Below are positions 57,301 to 64,000 of a DNA stretch of 64,000 nt, in pieces. Below the pieces are notes generated by a model. That model was given only the letters and a program-made list of their open reading frames with translations. It was not told the origin of the DNA and searched no databases. Source of the stretch: Methanobacteriota archaeon (GTDB lineage: Archaea; Thermoplasmatota; Poseidoniia; Poseidoniales; Thalassarchaeaceae). Every line of letters starts with the position of its first letter. Within the stretch, counting starts at the first letter, position 1. The position numbers were made by a program, and so were the translations under genes. The stretch spans positions 8,750 to 72,749 of the forward strand of contig JAERSV010000080.1 in the NCBI GenBank assembly GCA_016845345.1. Reading direction: 5' to 3'.

Positions 57301-57374
57301 GAGAAAAGTGGAACAATCAAAAGCGCAAAAATTGTTTGTCTGCGTGATTTGCTAATCAACTTCCAAGACCCCAA
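54336..57374 (-). CDS. Large (1012 aa) hypothetical secreted protein with signal peptide, C-terminal TM and basic stop-transfer (RRKKRKR)
   Basis: The signal is IFALLIVPLFSSLPVLA and the TM helix is LFVLLAIIFILFYL followed by RSRRKKRKRLAKE. Confidence 0.55.
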   Translation of the reverse strand: MGSWKLISKSRRQTIFALLIVPLFSSLPVLAEPPPGTPEVTNTYCATWNNGTGICDDYNFAHDLTQSNEWVRSNYHFEMHNTTSITMTLEWELHEFNRSVIGLQDMDLGGGFDMNNSGAPVDYIRNYLGYTTNSGLQVRQLILNEFSATVESLVNDTYGGSAQVESQIVNQVTIEGQNIACTDDMNEDSIDEVFGLPNNAFNPPLCLRSVAQIQIDSDILGLSGSDLDVERGFQGLLTMGAEVTSNFTLVARAGHRSTFELIPPNYATFSSVGGGGTLIPHQQGNVQYNSGLWVTDGLSMQGNENTLINASIISVLRDGTTSAVSIDQYVDHGISIYAEVDLRDATNSRVNAEMDIHYLPKTVLDDWGFSLGDGNIQLPWITSDGIRMAHEYGLLDLDDFSEMIPLQDVESAILNASEIEIGMNPATWKQADASGGLNFTHTPSVTCAELVPVTHCLSGGSAMDGSFPVTLVTSSEPFSADPLEKLTNLISGQSGLENITSIPQEDVSALLSVLVYQHQFDTSFISDSLPDWLPPTEIEVTILLPDWISSDVGDPRSITLSASSASGEETPLAITGPNPYHRHWSDPICDVSAACSDSSPDLICQSDWRSCIKIHTVLHLPEFEVHEWSQEIELAVEGQISVELYRIEVPQVLIEDTGLEIETIPSDLIRHIIAYGDEQEGGVNGLLGKTIEVPLGDEIHQLELSNDGLQAFANSLSDMMNDKISTMQESDDLLTVDLSSLHFSASVDRMERPYNGIINDDKPIKFILQLDKTMIRAKYLDGAITISTSSAQGAIPSLMNGMLDVFNIRNAGESDGVVTLPPEPVVEEVSPIFMVEDVDSGTDSNMDGNSNNDQDLVIRPALVFELTMPAGLHLEFTSSLGRDEQNTVEGNRQHILYRAPLCIGENTNNCEAEQSDEVSLQFTVGYGFIIQELMSYLFVLLAIIFILFYLRSRRKKRKRLAKEQTLIQVRSAKSNTYEVERELLGISPTSATSGSGADIDWTAGIDLDDDNW

Positions 57375-57462
57375 CTCCTCTCACCTGCAATTACATAGTC
57401 AGTCTCTATTCATTTAATTTGGTTCCCCCGCCACGGGATATGTAAAGAGGGGGTATTTCAGG

Positions 57463-58359
57463 GTGCCAAGGCGGGACATAAAACAAACACCACATTCCAA
57501 ATTGATGGATAGTTTGGGTGATTTCCTCGATGAAAAGGGAGGGGAAAAAGAACTTCTAAAATATGTACCATCAAAATGGGAAAAACTTGGTGACCTACTC
57601 TTACTCCCGAGTGGTTCATTTAATGGTTGGAATAACTTTGCAGGACAGGAACTTTGGCAATTAGTTGCTAATTCTTTAGGTGGAAAAAGACTGGGGATAA
57701 AAGGGGAAATTTCTGGTTCAGAGCGTAGACCTGATGTTCAACTACTATTGGGTGAAGAGGGATGGGTAAGCCACAAGGAGCACGGAATTGAATATTCATT
57801 TGATGTTACAAAATCAATGTTTTCCGCCGGAAATTTGCCTGAAAGAGGTAGATTAGGCGAACTTGATTGTAGTGGGGAAACAATCCTCGACCTCTATGCT
57901 GGAATTGGATATTACACACTGCCATTGCTAGTGCGCGCCGGGGCGAGGCACGTACACTCGTGTGAATGGTCAGAAGATGCTGTTTTTGCATTAAATCATA
58001 ATTTAGCAGCAAATGGAGTAAATGAAATTTGCACAGTTCATGCTGGTGATAATCAAATTTCACTGAAAGTTGGTGGCAGTGCTTTATCTCTAAACGGCAC
58101 CTGTGACCGTGTAATTCTCGGTCTTCTACCATCATCAGAAGATGGTTGGCCACTGGCTCTTTCAGCCCTAAAACCAGAAGGTGGAATCCTTCATCTACAC
58201 GGTAATGCTCATGCAGGAAATGAGATTGAATGGGCTGAAAAAATTGCCTCAGAATTGACAAGAATGAGTGGCCGGAAAGCGACTGTGAAACATCTAGTCA
58301 AGGTAAAGTGGTACGCACCACACATTCGTCATTGTGTTGCTGATATCCAAATCAGTTAA
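57463..58359 (+). CDS. Trm5/Taw2-like (Met-10+) class I SAM-dependent tRNA methyltransferase/aminocarboxypropyltransferase
   Basis: The SAM motif is ILDLYAGIGYYTLPL and the downstream fold follows Trm5/Tyw2. Length is ~290 aa. Confidence 0.5.
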   Translation: MPRRDIKQTPHSKLMDSLGDFLDEKGGEKELLKYVPSKWEKLGDLLLLPSGSFNGWNNFAGQELWQLVANSLGGKRLGIKGEISGSERRPDVQLLLGEEGWVSHKEHGIEYSFDVTKSMFSAGNLPERGRLGELDCSGETILDLYAGIGYYTLPLLVRAGARHVHSCEWSEDAVFALNHNLAANGVNEICTVHAGDNQISLKVGGSALSLNGTCDRVILGLLPSSEDGWPLALSALKPEGGILHLHGNAHAGNEIEWAEKIASELTRMSGRKATVKHLVKVKWYAPHIRHCVADIQIS

Positions 58360-58927
58360 TGATGCCACCATTCTCTTGAAATCTCACTTCAAGAGCAGTT
58401 GCATTATCTTGTACCCCAAGGGTGTAATCAACAATAATTCCATCCCCATTTACATAGAAAGCATGTGGAATTCCATGTACACCTAAACTTTGAGCTACTG
58501 TCGGACCATGAAGAAATGGTCTTGTGATATTTCTTTCCAACCTCTCACTGGTGGAATCTTTCCATTCACTGATGTTTGAGTATTCTGCCCTTGGGTCCTT
58601 GTTAAAAGCGAGGAGTTTTCCCTTCGGAATTGCATTATCGTAAGCGTTGAAAGTTGTTTCACAGTGAGCGCACCAAACTGCTGAAAAGTACGCAATCCAA
58701 AGTTCGCCTGACAAATTTTCGTTAGTCCAATTCATCCCATCAGAATCCATCAATTCAAAGCCAGGAAATGTTGTACCAGTCCATTTGTCTACATCAAGTT
58801 CAACGTCAGTATGACCATCATTGTCAATTTCACATTGTTCATCATCCCCACAACCCTCAGAGATACAACCGCTGAGAGAAGTTGCCAGTAACGCCAGCAG
58901 GACAAGAATTACTTTCAATCTTAATGT
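58352..58927 (-). CDS. TlpA/ResA-like thioredoxin-fold lipoprotein (CxxC)
   Basis: It has a signal peptide plus a LSGCIS lipobox and the active site WIAYFSAVWCAHCETT. Confidence 0.6.
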   Translation of the reverse strand, partial: TLRLKVILVLLALLATSLSGCISEGCGDDEQCEIDNDGHTDVELDVDKWTGTTFPGFELMDSDGMNWTNENLSGELWIAYFSAVWCAHCETTFNAYDNAIPKGKLLAFNKDPRAEYSNISEWKDSTSERLERNITRPFLHGPTVAQSLGVHGIPHAFYVNGDGIIVDYTLGVQDNATALEVRFQENGGIIN

Positions 58928-59011
58928 CATCAAATTTGACGACGTAGTCATAAGACATAATCAATTTGGTCAAGCGTTAGACTCATGGCGTAGCCATTAC
59001 TCCGGTTTTCT

Positions 59012-60922
59012 ATGGATGAGCCGCCGGAGGCTGTTTTAGTCGGCTCAACAGCCACTAATACACCACACACTGAAAATGAAGATGCCAGCCGCGAAAAAAA
59101 GCAATTGAATATCGCGGTTGGTGCAACAGCAATTGTAATTGTGATTTTCATGATGCTTGCATCAATTTGGGGAACGGTCTCCTCAATTGGTGGGGGGTAC
59201 GGTCCTGATGGCCAGTGGGAATGGTGGGAGGTGCCCCTCGAACAACGACACACTATGGGTCTGAATGTGAGTGGGGAAAGGTCCGTACTTCCTGAAGCCG
59301 GGCCACACAATTGGACAGGCCCTACAGAATATTTTGTTGAAGTTGATTTACCCGCATCAGAACAAGATGCTGGATATCCAGAACCAGCCTTGATGCACGT
59401 GGCATTGTGGATGCCAGATGTACCAAATGGAACCAAAGTTCCTGTAATTGCTACAGTCCATCCCTACTATGACTTCGGAGGTGAAGGGCTTCCCGGAGCG
59501 GGTGATGATTCCAACCCAAACACCGTTCCAGACGGGGGCATTGGTCAGTGGGTGTTAGATCAATTTGTCCCATATGGTTTCGCTTTAGCTCAGATTTCTA
59601 CCTTCGGCACAGGAAAATCAACACACTGCCAAGACGTGAAAGGACTTGGCGAACAAGTTGGAATTCAAGCCGCTGTCCACTGGTTAGGCGAGCAAGAATG
59701 GAGTAACGGAAATGTTGGGTTAATGGGGAAATCATACGCTGGTACCACAAACTGGGAAGCAGCACAAAACCCCTCAGAACATCTCAAGACAATTGTGCCA
59801 ATTTCGGGTTCAATAGGGGTTCAACAAATGTTCTATCGCAACGGTAGTAGTGAGGCTCGCGCCATGCTGTACGATGTGCTTTACGAAGGTGCAACTACAG
59901 ATGCAACCGAAGACGATATGCGGATGTGTAGCGACGATATTGTAGGTCCAATTTCACCCTTCACCACTTGGGCTGGTGCCGGATTGGGTGGGGATGAATG
60001 GAACGATTATTGGGATGAGCGTTACCACCTACAAGATGTTCTAGATAACTATCAAGGGAGTGTTTATCTCGTGTGGGGATTCCAAGATTGGAATGTAGAC
60101 CCATACCACGCATTCCCCACATTCAATATGCTAAATGATGCTGGAATACACACCCGAGCGATTGTCGGCCAATGGGCTCATAACTATCCTGACCAACCCG
60201 ATAGACACGATGATTTAGGCAGTGGATATGGAGCGGAAGGATTCCCTAATATGAGTCGTATGGACTGGGCGATTGAGTTGTTCAATTGGTTCAATTATTA
60301 TCTCAAAGGTATTGGAGATGAACCCGGGGCAATTGCTCAAGTTCAAACCAACGATGGACATTGGCATGTTGAGGAAAAATGGCCTGCTGAAGATACCCAA
60401 TGGGAGTTAATCTCCCTAGATAATGCTGAGACCACAGGTAATTGGGTTTCATCCAACATTGAGGCATCATTTATTGTTCCAAGTTTTGAAGAAGATGTAG
60501 TAATTTCAGGATTACCAACCCTACATCTTTCAGTTCAATCACCATCTCTCCCTATACTTTGTAATGGTGGACAGGTTTTCGCGACTATGTATGATGATGA
60601 AACCGGGTTGAGGCTAGGACACGCAACTATGGATTTGCGATACCGGGAAGGAGGTTATGAAGCAAACGCGGTTCTTCCCGGTCAGAATTATTTGATGCTG
60701 ATGGAGTTCAATCCGATGGATGTATCTCTACCCGCGGGACATGCGATTAGGGTAACATTAACTGAAACCGGAGAAGACTACCTGCCCTCCCCCTGTGCGG
60801 TTTCTGGAATTGGCGTGTCACTAGATGAAAGCAGTGTACTCGGTCTACCCATTATTGACCGACCTCGGGGGGATTCTCACTGGTTTATGGTTCCTCAACT
60901 GGAAAGTGGGGAAGAACTGTAG
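59012..60922 (+). CDS. CocE/NonD (S15 X-Pro dipeptidyl-peptidase-like) alpha/beta hydrolase with N-terminal TM
   Basis: The N-terminal helix is NIAVGATAIVIVIFMMLASIW. The nucleophile elbow is MGKSYAG (GxSxG), and there is a C-terminal beta-sandwich-like domain. Confidence 0.5.
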   Translation: MDEPPEAVLVGSTATNTPHTENEDASREKKQLNIAVGATAIVIVIFMMLASIWGTVSSIGGGYGPDGQWEWWEVPLEQRHTMGLNVSGERSVLPEAGPHNWTGPTEYFVEVDLPASEQDAGYPEPALMHVALWMPDVPNGTKVPVIATVHPYYDFGGEGLPGAGDDSNPNTVPDGGIGQWVLDQFVPYGFALAQISTFGTGKSTHCQDVKGLGEQVGIQAAVHWLGEQEWSNGNVGLMGKSYAGTTNWEAAQNPSEHLKTIVPISGSIGVQQMFYRNGSSEARAMLYDVLYEGATTDATEDDMRMCSDDIVGPISPFTTWAGAGLGGDEWNDYWDERYHLQDVLDNYQGSVYLVWGFQDWNVDPYHAFPTFNMLNDAGIHTRAIVGQWAHNYPDQPDRHDDLGSGYGAEGFPNMSRMDWAIELFNWFNYYLKGIGDEPGAIAQVQTNDGHWHVEEKWPAEDTQWELISLDNAETTGNWVSSNIEASFIVPSFEEDVVISGLPTLHLSVQSPSLPILCNGGQVFATMYDDETGLRLGHATMDLRYREGGYEANAVLPGQNYLMLMEFNPMDVSLPAGHAIRVTLTETGEDYLPSPCAVSGIGVSLDESSVLGLPIIDRPRGDSHWFMVPQLESGEEL

Positions 60923-60923
60923 T

Positions 60924-61811
60924 TCACTCCTCAGAATCCACTTCTTGAATATGCGCTATCGAACTATTTTCAAGTTCATCCTCTTTTAATTCAATAACAT
61001 TTCTTAAGATAATTCCGTGATGTGCTCTTAATTTCCTGGCGCGCATCGCCTTGCTAATTTCATTCTCAAAATCATGCAACTTTGTTAAGTCATCTATATC
61101 TTTGAGTTCAGCGTCAAATCTACTGAATGTTCTAAATCTAAAATACCAAATTCCCAAATAAATCGGAACGAGTCCGATCGGAATAATTAATTCTGAACTG
61201 AGAGCGGAAATTAACCAAGATAATGAAATCTCAATTCCATCATCGCTATATTCGGCAACTAAACCTGTACCCGACACATAAAACCAGCCTGTATTACCTC
61301 CATACATGGTAAACGGGGTCACGCTTTCATCTAAGGTATCACAACCCCTATCTAATTCAATTTGGTCTGACCAACCATCGTTGTCATCATCATCATCTAA
61401 TACATCAGGAATTGTGTCCCAATCAGAATCTGGTGGTACATCGTTAAGGTCGAAAATATCGTACTTCTTAAGGGCGGTAGAAGAAGCTAACTCCAAATCA
61501 TTTGTGATTCCATCACCGTCTATATCATCATCAAGTGTATCCGGAATCCCGTCACTATCCGTATCGTAACAACCATTCATATGGCGATATGAATAACCCT
61601 CTGAATTAGGGCAATCATCGGATATATTGAGACCAGGTTGGTCTGCATATCCATCGCCATCTGAATCCGACCATGCTTCGGAATTATTTGGATAAGCATC
61701 ATCTTCATCATTGTAACCATCACCGTCTGAATCATCCTGAGCATCGACAATTGGTAATGTGAGTAAAATGAAGGAAAGAAAAATGCAGAACCATGCTACA
61801 ACCCTATTCAT
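60924..61811 (-). CDS. Small TSP3-repeat secreted protein with C-terminal membrane segment
   Basis: The signal is FCIFLSFILLTLPIVDA and the repeats are DSDGDGYNDEDDAYPNN, DSDGDGYADQPG, DTDSDGIPD and DIDGDGITND. Confidence 0.6.
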   Translation of the reverse strand: MNRVVAWFCIFLSFILLTLPIVDAQDDSDGDGYNDEDDAYPNNSEAWSDSDGDGYADQPGLNISDDCPNSEGYSYRHMNGCYDTDSDGIPDTLDDDIDGDGITNDLELASSTALKKYDIFDLNDVPPDSDWDTIPDVLDDDDDNDGWSDQIELDRGCDTLDESVTPFTMYGGNTGWFYVSGTGLVAEYSDDGIEISLSWLISALSSELIIPIGLVPIYLGIWYFRFRTFSRFDAELKDIDDLTKLHDFENEISKAMRARKLRAHHGIILRNVIELKEDELENSSIAHIQEVDSEE

Positions 61812-61864
61812 GAAAGTTTCGAAGCCGCCCTTTCTTATGAATCAATAAGGACAATCGTGAACAA

Positions 61865-62446
61865 TTGACATTTATATACATTCGAGTATACCGCAATAAT
61901 ATGCAAAAAGAATTGCTCGTAGGAGCGGTTGCTCTTTGCCTAATTGCTGTTGCATGGTTTGGTGGAATTTTTAGTGGTGAAGAGGATGGTCCTGAACTAG
62001 AGCCCTTTCCAGAATTCTCAACTGTCGCGGATGATGGAGTAACCTATTCAAATAGTGATTTTGCTGGTGCACCCTACATCGTATTATTCTCAGCCGAATG
62101 GTGTGATACTCCCTGTCATACATCAATGCACGCAATTAATTCAACATTGAATGGACCACAAGTTATCGTGTTAAGTACAGACCCTGCAGAAGACCCTCAA
62201 GGAATTACCCTATCAGATTGGCATGATAGAGCAAATTCACATGATGACGAGGATGATGACTTGGGCCAGACTTTAGATTTCCCGTTTGCTAAGGGAGTAG
62301 AACAAGCCGAGGAGATAAAAATCAGTTCTCGACCATCGATTGTCTTTGTCAACTCGGATGGAGGAATTGTGGACCTTCACAAAGGTATCCTAAGTGACTC
62401 CGCAGAAATTATCTCATATTGGGAATCTGCTGGTGGCAGCATTTGA
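61865..62446 (+). CDS. TlpA-like thioredoxin-fold membrane-anchored protein with atypical CxxxC motif
   Basis: It has an N-terminal TM and YIVLFSAEWCDTPCHTS (C-D-T-P-C). It is a paralogue of 58352..58927. Confidence 0.45.
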   Translation: MTFIYIRVYRNNMQKELLVGAVALCLIAVAWFGGIFSGEEDGPELEPFPEFSTVADDGVTYSNSDFAGAPYIVLFSAEWCDTPCHTSMHAINSTLNGPQVIVLSTDPAEDPQGITLSDWHDRANSHDDEDDDLGQTLDFPFAKGVEQAEEIKISSRPSIVFVNSDGGIVDLHKGILSDSAEIISYWESAGGSI

Positions 62447-62464
62447 ACATCTATTTTTGTCAAT

Positions 62465-63715
62465 TTAGTAGTTGAAAATGCCATCCCATATTTCATCCAA
62501 ACGTGCCAATGTTGCATCTGGATTTAACACAGTAATTTTCTCCTTAGAAGAAAATGAATTTCCACCATCACCCTCATTGCCTTCACGGTTCAATAACCCT
62601 AATTCAAGTAGTTTATTTAGTGCATCATCAACCTCAAAATCAACATTTACACCTTGTAGTGCTAACCAATTTTCAATTCGATTATCAAGAGATTCCATTG
62701 TATGCTGTTGCTCACTATCCAACAATAAAAATGAGTAAGCAAGCAAAGCCTCCTTTACTTCTTGTTCTTCTGAAAAATCAATCACCATATTGATGACTGC
62801 CTGATTATTTGCTTGACCTTTGAAGTACAGGTCTTTAGAAACTTGTGAGAGATATGCCTCTTTTGTTTTCATATATTTAGTCCAAGACTTGAGAATATAA
62901 GTTGCTAAAGCAGACAAGATACCACCGATAAGGGCAAGAGATGTTTCTCCTGACCCATAGCCAAAGAGAAGTGGCCCGAACTTCATCCCAAGAGTGGCTA
63001 ACCCGCCTACCAACGGGGCTAAAATTTTCATTTGGTCTATACGTCTCATTTTTGGTGAAGTATTTGGAAAAATAACCTCCAAATCTAGTTTCGGAATGGT
63101 TTTGAATAGTCTCAAGTGTAATCCTTTTGCCTCCATGCTAGGGTAATTCCGAATATTTTTGTTTGCAATAAACCACTCCTGCTCACGGAATTGCATTATT
63201 TGTATAACTCGTTCATACACCTCCAAATCAACCTCAGTTGATTTCTTTCTCAGTATTAACTTCTCGAATAGTGAAGGTTCTTGGACTCTTTTGATTGTCT
63301 TTTCGCCCAGTTTGAAAGTTTTTAACAGTTTGAATTCTTCAAATCTAACATCTAGACTTATTGGAAAAATATCTTCACCATCTAATGCTGCTTGCAATTC
63401 TTCATCTGTAATCTCTAACCAGTTACCATCACTTAGGGCCTCACTGAATTGGTTCATGAAATCAGTTGGGTCAAAAATTTCAGGAATTTCAACGATTGAA
63501 TCCGGATCAAAATTCGAGTATATTTGCTTTAGAGATTCTTGTGTGGAATGCATTCTGTGATGCCAAAGGGCTTCCAATAGTTCAGAAATCTTTGCTAAAT
63601 TTTCTAAGTTTTCACCTGCTTCTGCCAAAATTAGTGACTTTATTTCAGCGCGGCTAATTGGAATAAAATGCTGAGACGCGGTGTCAGAACCCATATGGAA
63701 CGGTTTTACCAACAT
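62465..63715 (-). CDS. Hypothetical protein with C-terminal-half TM segments
   Basis: Hydrophobic helices are ILAPLVGGLATLGMKFGPLLF and SLALIGGILSALATYIL. There is no motif. Confidence 0.4.
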   Translation of the reverse strand: MLVKPFHMGSDTASQHFIPISRAEIKSLILAEAGENLENLAKISELLEALWHHRMHSTQESLKQIYSNFDPDSIVEIPEIFDPTDFMNQFSEALSDGNWLEITDEELQAALDGEDIFPISLDVRFEEFKLLKTFKLGEKTIKRVQEPSLFEKLILRKKSTEVDLEVYERVIQIMQFREQEWFIANKNIRNYPSMEAKGLHLRLFKTIPKLDLEVIFPNTSPKMRRIDQMKILAPLVGGLATLGMKFGPLLFGYGSGETSLALIGGILSALATYILKSWTKYMKTKEAYLSQVSKDLYFKGQANNQAVINMVIDFSEEQEVKEALLAYSFLLLDSEQQHTMESLDNRIENWLALQGVNVDFEVDDALNKLLELGLLNREGNEGDGGNSFSSKEKITVLNPDATLARLDEIWDGIFNY

Positions 63716-63807
63716 TAGAACTAACCTTTGAATTAACCGGCCAAATTCTGTTTTGGAGAGAGGAATGAAATATTAGACGGATAAACAAAAATCAGTGGTA
63801 TGGTTTG

Positions 63808-64000
63808 ATGCGTGTTCTAGCCTTCGAAGATTCTTATGATATTGAGGCATTGTTAAATTCAGGAAATGTTGATACTAGCCAAATTACACTTGAGCAAAAG
63901 TGGAATTCTGAAGATGCTGTTTCAGTCATCAAAGAGTTTGCACCTGATATCTTACTTCTGGACCAATTCATGCCACCATTCAAAGGATTGGAAGTTCTAA
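63808..64000 (+). CDS. Response regulator receiver (CheY-like) domain protein, 5' partial (continues beyond the window)
   Basis: Translation gives MRVLAFEDSYDIEALL...DILLLDQFMPPFKGLEVL. This shows the phospho-acceptor Asp context (LLLD) and the MP...G motif. Confidence 0.6.
   Translation, partial: MRVLAFEDSYDIEALLNSGNVDTSQITLEQKWNSEDAVSVIKEFAPDILLLDQFMPPFKGLEVL

Noticed and set aside
1-64000. CRISPR arrays, restriction-modification, toxin-antitoxin or other recognisable defence systems; transposases or integrases
   Set aside because: I scanned for short regularly spaced repeats and for hallmark motifs (Cas HD/RuvC, DPPW methylase, DDE). I found none. The only notable repeats are those reported above.

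Overview
This 64-kb window reads as an archaeal chromosomal segment with moderate GC and an acidic proteome. Archaeal hallmarks are a RadA recombinase, a Hel308/Hjm helicase, an initiator tRNA-Met (A1:U72 and G29-31:C39-41), UvrC, stand-alone RAM-domain proteins and GGTAAAAT-type BRE/TATA promoters. The style suggests a marine planktonic euryarchaeon of the Poseidoniales (MGII) type, but this is inference only. No CRISPR array, integrase, transposase or rRNA was seen.

Housekeeping genes are a PaaI-like thioesterase, a SprT-like metalloprotease, hel308, radA, a pyrC-like dihydroorotase, thiamine pyrophosphokinase, GT4 and GT2 glycosyltransferases, an AtuA-like/DUF4387 pair, a DUF2493 (SLOG) protein, uvrC and a Trm5/Taw2-like methyltransferase. 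These are interleaved with an unusually dense set of very large secreted, C-terminally membrane-anchored surface proteins built from eukaryotic extracellular-matrix-type modules. These modules are integrin-alpha-like FG-GAP repeats, thrombospondin type-3 Ca-binding repeats, a CRTAC1/ASPIC-like protein, parallel beta-helix plus Ig-like domains, and a tandem pair of animal-haem-peroxidase homologues.

The most striking locus is 18.8-26.1 kb. A membrane-tethered tandem-wHTH regulator and the neighbouring surface-protein gene share a 21-nt palindromic promoter motif. Next come two adjacent surface-anchored peroxidase-cyclooxygenase-superfamily proteins. The first keeps every catalytic hallmark. 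The second has lost the distal His, the Ca-binding loop and the putative proximal His, so it looks like a pseudo-enzyme. A CRTAC1-like FG-GAP protein is divergently transcribed from them. I propose this as an undescribed archaeal surface oxidative cross-linking or ECM-like module.

Other oddities are listed under findings: a 223-bp two-copy direct repeat with an 11-bp hairpin just downstream of tRNA-iMet; a pyrC 3'-end fragment carrying two GC hairpins that is duplicated 2.5 kb away; a lysine-rich tandem-repeat frame fused in frame to an AstE/AspA-like hydrolase domain at the window edge; a Hel308 with a ~100-aa insertion and a translationally coupled downstream ORF; a wHTH-NTPase-helical-repeat protein divergent from uvrC; and a TlpA-like thioredoxin paralogue with a CxxxC motif.
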